Origin: Adineta vaga
Lineage: Eukaryota > Animalia > Rotifera
Assembly: GCA_021613535.1 (NCBI GenBank)
Contig: CP075494.1
Coordinates: forward strand, 15,376,001 to 15,440,000
Reading direction: 5' to 3'
Length of the DNA stretch: 64,000 nt
Position numbers and translations under genes: made by a program. Shown one piece after another: positions 38,404 through 51,974 of this stretch. Within the stretch, counting starts at the first letter, position 1. Each line of letters opens with the position of its first letter. Below the pieces are notes generated by a model that did no database searches, was not told the DNA's origin, and worked only from the letters and a program-made list of their open reading frames with translations.

Positions 38404-39033
38404 CGGTATATTCAGAAATCAATTCATCTACTGACTTGTTTCGATTTCATTAGTAGAAATAGTTATGCTTCAATGCTTTTCATATTTATGTTTTTTTTAC
38501 GTTCTTAACATAATGAAAAATAAAAATGAATCTTTATTTTAGATTGTAATCATTCTCTACTCATTATGGTATACTCCATTACCTTCGGAGATATTTAAAA
38601 TGAATCATTATACGAAATAGATCCGTTATTTGTCAAATTAACCTTAATGGGTCTTTTGATTACGAATCTCTCGATGTAAAATTTTCCTTCTTTCCTTCAT
38701 CAAAACATGAAGAAGAAGAAGAACAACAACAACATTATGACAAATTTTGTTTCAATGAAGGATTGATTATTTATTAATCTGTCAAAATTACATTCGATAG
38801 AATTGAAGAATAAATAATCTTCCTTATTTTTTCTCTTACCAGCAAAGAAACATTAATCCCTCGTTTTTTTTTCGTTCTATATACTATAAAATAAAAAACC
38901 GAGTAGAAAAATGGTCGTATCGCATGCAATTTACATACGTAAACAATGTAAAAGTGCTTGTTATTAGAAAAAAATCGTCTCGTTTCTTTTTTCTCAATGG
39001 GAAAATAGTTGTTTTTATTCTAGAAGAAACGAT

Positions 39034-39527
39034 ATGGCTCAGTTACAAGTCACAGTAGTAGAAGCAAAAAATCTAACGAAAAAAGATACATTTAGTGACA
39101 ATGATCCGTTTGTAGAAGTTTATTTGGATGATAAACAATTCAAAAAACGAACAAAAACAAAACAAAATTCAAAACATCCGGAATGGAATCAAACATTTGT
39201 TTTGTAAGTCGATTTCATTGTTATTTTCCTTGAAATTCGATCAAAGAAAATGTTTAGTAATCATTTCCATGGGCAAGATATTCTTCATGTCGATGTTTAT
39301 GATGAAGATTCAGTTAAAAATGAAAAAATTGGATCAGTAGAAATTGATTTACATCAATTATATGAAAAGGGTTTGTTCGGGAAAGAAAAGCGAAAAGTTT
39401 TTTATAACGAATATTTCGATTTTTAGGTCATACTAATCAATGGTATGAATTAATTGGACAAGCAAATTCAATTTCTTCAGAAGGACAAATTAAACTTATA
39501 CTTGATTTTGATCGATTAAAAGTGTAG
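39034..39527 (+). CDS. Stand-alone C2 domain protein (3 exons)
   Basis: MAQLQVTVVEAKNLTKKDTFSDNDPFVEV...KRTKT...HPEWNQTFVF...VDVYDEDSVKNEKIG, with the Ca-binding Asp residues present. Confidence 0.9.
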
Positions 39528-39740
39528 AAGTTTTTCTATTATGAAAATAAAAAAAGATGCGAAAAACTGTTTTTATAAATCTAATGGCGTAGAAAGTCAA
39601 AAAGAGGACAAACATTTATGGTCATGATTAATTCAGCATACAATGAGAAAAAGAAATGGTAAGCATGAATCGTTATCTATTTCATATCTTTAGTGAATCA
39701 AGTGCTCACACGTATCTTCATTTTTATTCCGGTGAAAATA

Positions 39741-40740
39741 ATGGTAAGTAGATGAATCGACTACAAGAAAGTTTAGTTTTTTGTTTTGTCGAATATATTT
39801 TCATAATTTAGACAACCTCACCAGCTAATACTATGGATCAAAAGAGAGAATATTTATTTAAAGTTCTTGTTATTGGAGAATTAGCAACAGGAAAAACTGC
39901 ATTGGTCAAACGTTATGTTCATAATTTCTTCTCTGAACATTATCGAGCAACGGTAAGATTTATTATTGAAATATAGTTCGTTTCTGTTTTGGAATTATGA
40001 ATTTCCTAGATCGGTGTTGATTTTGCATTGAAAATTGTAAAATATGATGACGATACTGTAATTCGTCTTCAACTTTGGGTATGCTGACAATATCGTGATG
40101 AAATATGAAAGAAAAATGTTGATTTTCTTTTGCAGGATATTGCTGGTCAAGAACGATTTGGTAATATGACTCGAGTTTATTACAAAGAAGCTGTGGGTTG
40201 TTTTATTGTGTTTGATGTAACACGAGGATCAACTTTCGAAGCAGTTACAAAATGGAAAGCCGATTTGGATAATAAAGTTCAATTACCTGATGGAAATCCT
40301 GTTCCATGTGTATTACTTGCTAATAAAGTAAAAATTCTTTTATAGAAGCAAAAAGAAAAAAAAGACACTTCTTTTTGTTTTGTAATTTTGTAGTGTGATT
40401 TAGTTGAACAAGGTTTAGTTAATAGTGCACAAGATATGGATGAGTTTTGTAGAGAAAAAGGTTTTGCTAAATGGTTTGAAACATCTGCAAAAGAAAATAT
40501 TAATATTGAAACATCTGCTCGATTTCTAATTAGTGAAGTAAGATTTTTCATTTAGTTTTTTTTCTTCATCTCTAATCTTCTTTCTTTTTCAAGATTATGA
40601 AACATACAGAACAAATTCAACCACGTTCACCAAGTCAAGGTACACGTAGTAATACAATAACTGTGGTTGATAAACCAACAAAGAAAGAACAAAATGGACG
40701 AAAATGTTGTGGAAGTGGCGGTAATTCAGATGATACTTAA
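39741..40740 (+). CDS. RAB32: Rab32/Rab38-family small GTPase (multi-exon)
   Basis: FKVLVIGELATGKT, FSEHYRATIGVDFALK, the family-diagnostic WDIAGQERFGNMTRVYYKEA, ANKCD, ETSAK. Confidence 0.93.
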
Positions 40741-41310
40741 ACTTGATTATTTAACAAGTACACTTTTTTTTATTTTGTATTCTATAACTTTATGAAATAA
40801 AAGGTTTTCGTTTGAAACTTTCTTTGAATATAACAAAAACGAATCCAGCTCGAAAATGATCGCTTTCATAGTATTCTAGATCGGAAATGTTTTGCTTTTT
40901 TTCTGGTGTCTTTCAAACCATCTCCATCATTTCGAATTATCGTCTTGGCGAGTGACGGTTGAAAAAAAACCAGATGGAATATAGATCGGAGATTTTCTTT
41001 TGCTCAGCAGGACGTATTCGACAATTGAATAGATCAATCATTGGAAGTAGAAAACAACGTTGTACAGGTCAATATACTCAAAAAAAGAAACGAAAAAATA
41101 TGTCCAAACTTTTTTTTGTCAAAAATATCTTCATCCAATTATTTCATGTTTAATCATCGCGTGCTGATATTTTACTTCTCATATCCTGCTGTGCTGTGAG
41201 AATGTCTTCATTATCAATAAAAATGAAAGTCGAAGACACGTGTATAGATATTCTTCTAATTAAACTAATTACTGTCAAAAAAAAACAAACATGCAATTTG
41301 ATTAGAATTT

Positions 41311-42170
41311 TTATACAATGGAAATAGAAGTTTCTGATTGGTGGAAATTGTCTGGTGATGATAAATTGATTCGATCATCTCCGGATAGAATATGACTTCG
41401 ACGATATTTTGCTCGTGCATTTTGAAACCAAACTTGAAGAACACGTTTAGGTAAATTTGTTTTATCCGATAGATTTTTCAAATCTTTTGCATCTAAATCA
41501 AACACAATGATGAAAAATTCATCAAGCAATTGAGAATATAATGTATACCTGGATTATGATTTAGATTAAAATATGATCGCATAAAACGTAATTGATGATG
41601 TTTAAAACTTGTTCGAAGACGTTTTTGTTTGCTTTGATAGGATTTATCGGATTCAATAAAATATGATGAAAATATTTCATCTGAATAGTTTTTCGATTTA
41701 TAAGTTTCATTGGGTGATGTTTGATAACCGGAATCATCATGAATTTTTGAAAGATTTTCTTCGAATAAATGTTCTCGACAATAAATTGAATTCTCTCTAA
41801 TACCAAATTCATCACCTGAATGAAGAAGTATATTACAAGTTGTACATGTAAAACATTTGACATGGAAAATTAATTGTTCAGCACGAAGAATAATTTCATC
41901 AGGTTGAATCAATTGTTCACAATGTGCACAAACATGCGAAGATGATCTTCTTTTCTCATTGAAGAAAAGTGATTGAACATACTTGATGTAATCATTTTTA
42001 CAAAGAATATAACCATGTTTAGTAAAACATGTTTGTTCATTTTCGAGTAATTGTCCACAATCTGAACATTTCAAACAAGATAAATGCCAACTTTGATCCA
42101 TAATCATTAAATAATAGAGATCATCGATGGATAAACCACAATGAAAACATATTTGATCCATTGTTGGCAT
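41311..42170 (-). CDS. LIM-homeobox transcription factor, Lhx2/9 (apterous) class
   Basis: Two LIM domains; homeodomain KRLRTSFKHHQLRFMRSYFNLNHNP/DAKDLKNLSDKTNLPKRVLQVWFQNARAKYRR. Confidence 0.92.
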
Positions 42171-43451
42171 CCTGTGCGCTAGAATAAAAGAAGAAGAAAA
42201 ATAAGAAGAACTGAAAATAAAGATATGTTTTTATCTGAAATGATGATTGTTGCTCAGACAAATGTCAGATAGAAAAAAGACACTTGATAATGATCGTTGG
42301 ACACTGGTTGCTATTTGACGTCAACTTTATTTGTATATGAACATTATGATAGATTATCTTTTCTTTAATAAGAAAAAGAAGAATTTGTCTATCGATGGAA
42401 AATAAGCGAGACAAATTTGAAGAAAAAGAAAACAGTAGGAACACTTGCTTATCTAAGCAAATAACATGATTGTGTGATTTGACATCAATACAAAGTTATG
42501 GATCGTATTTTTTATTCATTCTCGGCATGCTTTGCAGAGATCTTTCAAACATATGTTAGATATGCGTGAAATTACCTTTTTTCTCAATAGTATTTTGTCA
42601 AATGTGAATCTATTTCAACTAATTAATTAAGCATTATTTTATACTTACGATCAACGACAGATATTGGAAATGAAAGATGCCAGAGAGAGAGAGAGAGAGA
42701 AAAGAGAATGACAACGATTTATTTATAACGAATCAGAAAGCACTTCTCTTTTTCTCCTGTTTGACAATCATTCCGATTGCTGAACATAGAGAATTTTAAT
42801 GTCAGATATCAAAAGATTAACGAAATTTGGTCTTTAGTTATTGAATATAAAAGTAGAAAGAAATAGACAATGCTTTCATTACAAAGCATTCGAGAGAAAT
42901 TTGAATTTCAATCGTAGATTTATTGCTCAATCAACGTTGATCTGATGTATTTTATACGTAAACAGACGTTTGACTGTATCATCAGTTCGATTGAATTTAC
43001 TCAAAATTCTATTACTATTCGTTGCTAAACTATTTTTCGATGAAATGTTTAGAATTCTTCGCACTGAAATCTCAGAACACGATAAATCAGTTATGAAATA
43101 GATAAACAAACACTAATAAACGTATGAAAGTCAGAAGTTTTAATTGTATTCACGAATATTCTTAATCATGTGACAATAAATGAATAATAGTGTCAATACA
43201 TGTATACATAATGTACTCGCACCCCCACTGAGTTTCTTTCTAATATTACACTGACATGGTTCGTTCATACTCAGAGTACTTTCACGTACGCCGATGATCG
43301 AGACAAAAATATGCACAATGTGATTTATTCAATGAAATAACCTTTGGATACTTTCACAACAAACGTGATCTCTGAATGAAAGAAACGAATAGTAACCGGC
43401 AAAAAAACAATATGTTTATTTAATGTTAATTAAAAATAAAAAGCAAAAGAA

Positions 43452-45146
43452 TTATGTCAAATGCAGAAGTGATTTCATCAATGGATTAATATGAGTTAAA
43501 TCAACTTTACTTCGAATATATTGCTGAAAATCTCTCATAACTTTTTGAATTTTCATTAATTGTTCAGTAATTCGTGTCATTTTTACCACGACAATTTCAA
43601 ATGATGATTTTTGTAATAAATATCGAAATAATAAATCAATATATTTTGATTGTGCATTATACACACTATATTGATCATTTAAAATCGGTTCTTGTTCATC
43701 ACCGGATGATAAACCTTTGGAAAAAATTGCAATTAACATTAATAGTTGAACAATAATCGGATCTTTATTAACGATATTCACAAGAATATGAAGAATTGAC
43801 ATAATAGTTCGATTAAATTCATAACCATAACAAAGTATAAATAAGCTTTTACAATGTTGAGCAAATGCTTCATCATTTGGCGAGACAACATCCGTTGTAT
43901 CAAGATCATAACATAATTCCCGTGCTGAATCGAAATTTAATGAATGACGTATAAGAAATAGTAATGTTAAATTATATTTGACAAGTATTAAACGATCGTG
44001 TTCATCAAGTTGTTCAAATTCCGGAATGATTCGTACGAAATTAATTAACTTTACCGCAAAGAAATTTTGTATATCAAATGTATTTGTATATGCTGAGACT
44101 TTATCCGGTGCTAATTCAAGTGTAAGTACTGATGAAGCGGATGGAGTTGATTGAGTAGCAGATAGGTATGCATCTTGAATTTGGATTAAACATGACCAAT
44201 CAAATTCAGTTAAGGCTGATGAAGAACTCGTTGGGATATTTACAAGCTGGAAAAAAAAACAATCAAAAATAGAAATAATGCAACGAACATTGAAAATGAT
44301 TTTTACTTTTTCAAAAGTTGAATCTCTCTCAATTTTCGGTTGAAAACTATGAGATGGTGTATCGGAACGTAAACGACGATTTTCTTCTAGACGTTGTTGT
44401 TTTGTTAGTTTTTGTTCAGGAGTTAAGATATAATCTTTACGCATACCTGTAATTGATAAGCACTAATGATTCATTATGGATAAAAATCATAAATTTTACC
44501 TTGTTGAAAACATTTTAGTAAGCGACAACGTTGACATTTATGTTTGATATCAGATCGAATATCACATTGAATTTCATTAAAATTATTTTTATTTTTATTA
44601 CATTTCGTTTTCTCCTAGAAATGATGACATAGAAATTGATTTGAAGGAAAAGAAAATTATTTATTTACAATTGTATGTAAAGCATTACGACGAAAAAATG
44701 CTAAAGAAATAAGAATTAATCTTTCGTTTCTCTCAAATTTATTCAAACCTTTGCAAGATTCACAGGTTATTTGAGCAAAATTATAACCAATAGCGTGACC
44801 ACCACAAACAACACATGTTAAATCTGCTTTACGTCTTTTCATGGTCGCCATACTTTTTGCTATTTCTTGATCCTCCTATGGAAAAGAAAATGGATTTTGT
44901 TTGTTTGTTTTTTTCGAATAAAAGATTGCCTACCGATTGAGACAAAGTTCGTTTCTTATTTTGATACACATCCATTAAATTCTTTTCATTTAAATCAACC
45001 ACATACGTTTCGACGTTCGATGGATTGAAATATGAAAGAATTTTATCGTTATCATTGTCAACCGATGTGATAATGAGCACTTGTGTTGAAGTCTTATTAC
45101 TTTTTTGTTTCTTATCATCATCAACTAATTTCATATTATTATCCAT
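43452..45146 (-). CDS. Nuclear receptor, NR1I/NR1J (VDR/HR96/DAF-12)-like, multi-exon
   Basis: CVVCGGHAIGYNFAQITCESCK/AFFRRNAL, CQRCRLLKCF, GMRKDYIL; LBD signature FVRIIPEFEQLDEHDRLILVK. Confidence 0.9.
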
Positions 45147-45405
45147 ATGAATGTGTACGTAACCTAAAATACGGTGAGTATGCTTCAAACCTCTATATAA
45201 ATGCAAGCAAGAAAAAAAAAATACATCGTCATGGTGAGAGAAGGAAAAAAAAAGAGAAGCTTTCATCCGTAAACATCATCCATTTTACCTGTTTTTTTTC
45301 CTATTGCGATTTATATTTTTATTTTCATTTATATCTCGACAAAACATGTTATTACGCAATAATGATGTTTTAGTTATGTTTGATTGGTATTGAAAAAAGA
45401 AAATT

Positions 45406-46113
45406 TTAATAAATTAGTCTCAAGTCATTAATCCACATATAACGCGAAAAAAGTAAATATAAATAACGAAACCAAACAAGTTGAGAACGTTGTTCATACA
45501 TCGCTTTATAGGGTGTAAAACAATCTTTTGAAGGTAAAATAAATACTTTTGATTGTAGTGTATTTGGCGCAAAACGAATTCGTAAAAATTCAATTAAAGT
45601 TAAATATTTTCGATAAATTGGATATGATTGTAAAGATAAAAAATGTATTTGATTCTTTGGAGAATATTTCAACAAAGCATAATAAATCGATGAATGATTT
45701 CGATGTCCACTGATTCCATTTTCATCAAATGAGATAACTGTTGAAATATTCCATTCACGAATCGATTGTTTTACATGACCTAAAATTGCATCGGAAGACC
45801 AAGTAACATTTTGATCATCTTTGAGATAAATTTGATCATCGATTATTTTATGATCTTTGATTCGAAGTTGAAGACATGAACGATGTAATTCATCCGATCG
45901 ATGATTATTTCCATTGGAAAGACAAAGAATGTAAATATTTGACTGAAGAGATAATAAAGTCGGTGCAAAAAACATACATTCATCATCGGGATGTGCGATG
46001 ACGAGAAGACAATTTCCATAGTAGTGTTGATTATCAGTTGACGATATCAAATGAATGAGAATAAATGGAGCAAGAATTAGAAGAATCAAACAGATAAAGA
46101 AAATGAAAAACAT
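45406..46113 (-). CDS. PIGL: GlcNAc-PI de-N-acetylase (GPI biosynthesis)
   Basis: N-terminal TM; LLVIAHPDDECMFFAPT, LCLSNGN, FDENGISGHRNH, SQLVWFRYLY..FSRYMWINDL. Confidence 0.93.
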   Translation of the reverse strand: MFFIFFICLILLILAPFILIHLISSTDNQHYYGNCLLVIAHPDDECMFFAPTLLSLQSNIYILCLSNGNNHRSDELHRSCLQLRIKDHKIIDDQIYLKDDQNVTWSSDAILGHVKQSIREWNISTVISFDENGISGHRNHSSIYYALLKYSPKNQIHFLSLQSYPIYRKYLTLIEFLRIRFAPNTLQSKVFILPSKDCFTPYKAMYEQRSQLVWFRYLYLLFSRYMWINDLRLIY

Positions 46114-46214
46114 CTGCAAAAAGGAAGAAATGTCTTTTTATTTACTTTTCTAAGGAACAATTCTGTTTGGGACTTTTCGTTTTAAAAGAAAACTGAACAA
46201 GAAAATACACGAGT

Positions 46215-46619
46215 CTATTTCTTTTGTGATGTAGGATCCGTTTTGAATGGTGTATAAGGTGATGGTTGAGGAAGACGATAATTCGTCATTGTTGCTTCAA
46301 TATCATAATAACTAAATGTTGTATAATTATACATATCATCTGCTAAATATTCTGAAGAAGATTTTCCGGGATTATTTTTCTTCGCTGATTTATCTAAACG
46401 AAAAGATTTGATGAGATAAATTCAACGTGAAATTTTACCTTGATTTGAAGAAGCTTGTTTTGATAATGTTGAACCGAAACGAGTTAGAAGCGGGAGGACC
46501 TTAAATATCAAATTGGAGTTTTTTTTTCTGTACGAGATGGCTGGATGAATAATACGTACTCGATGAGAACAAATACGGTTCATCATTGATGAAGAGCGAA
46601 AAAATTGATTAGAAATCAT
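46215..46619 (-). CDS. NDUFV3: Complex I subunit NDUFV3-like (3 exons)
   Basis: Arg/Ser-rich mitochondrial transit peptide; last exon EYLADDMYNYTTFSYYDIEATMTNYRLPQPSP carries the NDUFV3 RLPQPS motif; TAG 46217-46215. Confidence 0.78.
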
Positions 46620-47300
46620 GTCTTAAATATAGAAAAGAACTCTTGGAATTCAACTGAATGATTACTGCTTTCATATTTTTCTTTCTAAAAAAATCTCATT
46701 ATTAAAACAAAATTTCAACGAACCGGAAGAATATTATTCTTCTTCATGATATCAAAATTAAACATTTGTTCGTTTCTCCATCAATTTCGAGTCAAATAAA
46801 CAATTTCACTAGCGCCATCTATATACAAAATATCATAAAATCTACTCGAAATCTTGAAATATTCTCGATTGAATAATGAATTTCTTGATGAAAACAACGG
46901 CATTGAATTGAAAAAATATTCTTTTCGAAAACAAAATTAAAATTTCAATTGAGGTCAAGAATTTTTCTTCATGGCAGTTTCAGTCAGCCGAAAAAATCAT
47001 CAAGACATCTAGACAACAAATGATTATCCGAGACAAAGAACATTAAGAAAACAAAACAAAAATATAAAAAGAACAAAATAGATTTTCTCTTTTTTAGATC
47101 ATTCATTTTTTTGTTCATTTCTATTCATTCAAGTTATGAAACTCATTCAACTAGTTCTGCCTAGGATAAACAATTCTTCAAAGAGAATGAATTAAAATAA
47201 ACAAGCTGAGAATCAATATTGAGACAAGTTTTGATTTGTTTTTTTTCAAATTATTCCTATTATTATTATTTATTATTTCAATTAACAAAATTTCAACAAC

Positions 47301-50300
47301 ATGGCAGATCTAGAAGCTGTCTTAGCCGATGTTTCATATTTAATGGCAATGGAGAAATCCAAATCTACACCAGCCGCGTCGGCGAGTAAAAAAATTATTT
47401 TACCTGATCGAACGTATGTGTTCAATTTGGAATTCATTTTCAAAATATGTTTTTTTTTTAATTTCAATCGAACAGAGTACGAAGTGTGACACATAAACAT
47501 TTACAAAAAATGTATGAAAATACGTTTGACAAAATCTTCAATCAACAAGTCGGTATGTTCATTTTTTTTTCTTTCAAACGATTTGTTGTTTTTGTTTATA
47601 CTTGATTTGATAAAATTATTTTTGTAATTCAATTGAAAAACATTGATCTCTTGTTTCCTATCTACAGACAGTATTTCGTTTCCTCTTTTCTCATGAAAGA
47701 GAACATAAGAGTGTCATCTATTGTAACCCCTCCGGTCTTCTTTCTCTCTCAGGTGGTTATAGTGTTGTTGGAAATGATTTTTTATTCTTTTCTTTTCTCT
47801 TTAAACGCATGCGCGTCAAATCCCTAAGGGGAATCACTTTGTAAGCAGTAAATGGTTAACATGCAAACGGTTTATAAGATCAATTGATAAAAACGAGAGA
47901 TTATTTTTTCCTTCTAGGATTTCTTCTTTTCAAAGAATTTTGCTCGACATTATGTGACGAACCTGTGCCTCAATTGAAATTCTATGAAGAGGTAATTCAT
48001 TTCTTGGAAGAAAACAAAAGAGAAACATAAAGCATTTTTATTTAGATTAAACGATTTGAAAAACTCGAAACCGATGAAGAACGATGGAAAGTTGGAAAAG
48101 AAATCTATGATCAATTTATAATGAAAGAATTACTTTCCAATTCTCATGTAAATTCTTTTCTTTTTGTTGAATAATCAAAGAAAAACTTTCACTTCTTTTT
48201 TGTTTTGTTTTAGACTTATACTGAACGAGCAGTTGAAAGTGTGAAAAAACATTTATCAAAATATAATCCAAATAATCCGAAAAATACTTTACCATCGAAT
48301 TTATTTGAACCATATAAAAAAGAAATATGTGATTTATTACGTGGAAGAATTTTTGATAAATTTATTGAATCAGAAAAATATACACGATTTTGTCAATGGA
48401 AAAATTTCGAATTAAATATTCAGGTTTTTTGATTTCTTGTCAATTTTAATTGATACAACAATTCGTTTCTTCGATTTAGTTAACAATGAATGATTTTAGT
48501 GTACACAGAATTATTGGTCGTGGTGGTTTTGGTGAAGTTTATGGATGTAGAAAGGCAGATACAGGAAAAATGTAAGTTATAATACGAATTCATTCGATTT
48601 TTATCTTTTAATTATAGGTATGCAATGAAATGTTTGGATAAAAAACGTATTAAAATGAAACAAGGTGAAACTTTAGCATTGAATGAACGTATTATGCTTT
48701 CTCTCGTCAGCACAGGAGTATGTTGAATTGTCTTTTTAATTAAGAGAATTTTTGAAAATCTTTTTTACATTTTCTAGGAAGAAGGTTGTCCATTTATTGT
48801 CTGTATGACATATGCATTTCATACAGCAGATAAACTTTGTTTTATTCTTGATCTTATGAATGGTAAAACAAATGAATTGTTTATCTTTTTGTTTTCTTCA
48901 TTGAATTTCTTCTCGTTGATTAGGCGGTGATCTTCATTATCATTTATCTCAACATGGAGTTTTTTCCGAAAAAGAAGTGAAATTTTATGCAGCAGAAATT
49001 ATCCTAGGATTAGAACATATGCATCTTAGATCAATTGTTTATCGAGATTTAAAAGTAGGAGAATTTCATTCAATAGAAATTTCATTTGGAAATTCTTATT
49101 TTTTAGCCTGCAAATATTCTCCTTGATGAACATGGTCATGTTCGTATATCAGATTTAGGTTTAGCTTGTGATTTTTCCAAGAAAAAACCACATGCCAGTG
49201 TTGGAACACATGGATATATGGCACCGGAAGTCTTAGCAAAAGGTGTCGCGTATGATTCAAGTGCAGATTGGTTTTCATTCGGTTGTATGTTATATAAACT
49301 ACTCAAAGGGTATTGTGAAATAAAGAAATTTCTTTGAATATGTTTATCGTCATGTCTTTGTTTAGTCATAGTCCATTTCGTCAACACAAAACGAAAGATA
49401 AACATGAAATTGACAAAATGACCATGACAATGGTAAGGAGAAGACGAATATTTGTTTAATTATTCATTTTTTTTAAACAATTTAGTCCATTGAATTACCT
49501 GAAACAATGACAAATGAAATGCGTACTTTATTAGAAGGTTTACTTCATCGTGATGTTGACAAACGTTTAGGATGTATGGGCAGAATGTAAGAACATTGAA
49601 AATTTTATGTCAATCAACACGATTCATTTTGTTTTCTTACAGAGCGGAAGAAGTGAAAGAACATCCATTTTTTAAAGATGTAGATTGGAAACAAGTTTAT
49701 TTATTAAAATTAACTCCACCACTAATTCCTCCACGAGGTGAAGTCAATGCAGCCGATGCATTTGATATCGGAAATTTTGATGAAGATGATACAAAAGGAA
49801 TTAAAGTAAAGAATTGAGAAAATTTTATTCAATAGAAAAAAAATTCCTGTTTTTTTGTTTTTAGCTCACTGAATCAGATCAAGAATTGTACAAAAACTTT
49901 CCTATTGTTATCTCCGAACGATGGCAACAAGAAATAGCAGGTAATTTCGAAATTAATTGGATTTATTCACGATCAATTGTTGTTTAGAAACGGTCTTTGA
50001 TAGTGTTAATCAGGAAACCGATAAAATCGAACAAAAACGACGAGCAAAATTTAAACAAAATAATATTTATGATGATGAAAAAACATCAGATTTAATTCTA
50101 CAAGGACAATTAAAAAAGAACACGGGAACATTTGGATTCTCCTGGCAAATCCGTTACACAAAATTATATCCCAATCGGTTAGAATTACATTATGAAAAGG
50201 GTGATAAAGATCCGGAAGTAAGTACAACATTCTTTGTCTCAAGATGAAACGACGAACATCAACAAGAACAAAACATAATTAGACATAGAAGAATAACATA

Positions 50301-51067
50301 CTTGGAAATACTTTCCATTCATCTGATTTTCTAAGTTCAAGATTACTATTTCCTTTTCTTCTATCAACATTTGATTACATAAGTCGTTTTCTGACATTAT
50401 TGAGAAATCGAAAAAGATCACATATTATCTCTTCAAGGTCTATACAATGGAACGAATTGAACATATTGATTCAAAAGAATGTAAAGGACAAAAAACCATA
50501 ACAATACATTTAAAAGGTGGAAATGAACCTCGTTTAATGCTTTCACCACAGGTAGGACAATCAGCGTCCATTTTTACTTCTTCTCAATATCTCTCTATTG
50601 TCTTTCACATTATTCTTCTTCTTCTTCTTCTTCCTCCTCCTTGTGTTGTTCTGCATGATAGTTTGCTTTTTCTTGTCGTCTGTAATTATCGTATGTATAT
50701 ATATATATATATATATAGCATGTCATGTCTTTTATCTGTCGTTGTTTTTTTTTGATTTATTCATATCTTTCTTGTTCAATTTGGAAAACGGAAAGGAAGA
50801 ATTTTTCTCAATCTTCCATAGGATGAAGTCTCGTGGATTGAATGGAAAAAAGCCTTATATGATACACTTGTTGCATCTCAACAGCATTTAACTGTAAGTG
50901 AAAAAGCATCGAAAATCTATGGAGCTGATGTAAGTAGTACAACAAATTCAAATGCCAGTGCTAGTCAACAATCATCGTCTGGGAATTATCATAATTCATC
51001 ATCATCCGGTGGTGCTCTTGGTGGAAATAAGAAAATGAATGTTACAACAGGCACACCTCAAGATTAA
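47301..51067 (+). CDS. GRK2: G protein-coupled receptor kinase 2/3 (beta-ARK, Gprk1): RH, kinase and PH domains; isoform with proximal last exon
   Basis: [78 protein letters not shown]; PH domain; last exon 50822-51067. Confidence 0.97.
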
Positions 51068-51304
51068 AATTTTTTTGACATTTCTTCTCTCTCTTTTTTT
51101 CTCATTTGAAAAAAACAGTGATTTGTTGTATTCTATCTTTCTTTTATTTGTTTCTAGTCGTACGATTGCTGCGCTATTGCTGTTGCTGCTTTTGTTGTCA
51201 TTTTGAATATTTCTTCTTCTTCTTCTTTCTTTTTAATCTTTACTTTTATTCGTTTCTCCTTCTCGCTTCTATGAAAGAAAAATCGCACAACCGAACATTT
51301 CTAG

Positions 51305-51466
51305 GATGTCGTCTCATTTCACGAATGGCGTATGGCATTGAATGATGCATTGAATAAATCGACATTAACACTTCATTCATCGAAGAAAATTGGACGATTA
51401 TTAATGCCGACTGAAAATGGACCAACTACAGCGACAACAACAGCACCCAATCCTCCTCAACAATGA
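51305..51466 (+). CDS. GRK2: Alternative distal last exon of GRK2
   Basis: TTTCTAG acceptor, phase 0, 54 codons DVVSFHEWRMALNDALNKS...PPQQ*, homologous to the proximal last exon [16 protein letters not shown]. Confidence 0.75.
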   Translation, partial: DVVSFHEWRMALNDALNKSTLTLHSSKKIGRLLMPTENGPTTATTTAPNPPQQ

Positions 51467-51974
51467 TTTTAGAAAAAACTTCAATCTCGTTCGTTCGCTC
51501 TATGTCATTTTCTAGTCATATATCTGGCCTTTCTCTTTTTCTCTTTTGTTTAATATCGGTGGTATGATCTGACAACAAAGCTATTGATTTCATGTATCTT
51601 CAATTGACCTTGAGTTCTTCTACTATGTATATATATATATATATTTCTATATCTTATTCGAATAGAGAAAAACAGTGAAAAATCGAACTCTGTCTACATT
51701 TGTCACTCGAATAAACAAATCTATCTTTCTTTCATTGTCGTACTTCTTTGTTGATGTTGTTGGTTATTCTTTTTCCTATTCTCTATCATTTTTCTCTTTT
51801 TTTTTCTATTTGGCCAGAAAATAATATTAATGAAACAATAAATTCATATGGAAATATGTTTTGCTTTTAATATTAATGCAATTTATTTCATTTTTCTTGC
51901 AGATAACGACATTGTGTCTTTTTCTTCTTCTTCTTTTTATTTCATGAATTATAATTTATAATTAACTTAACACA

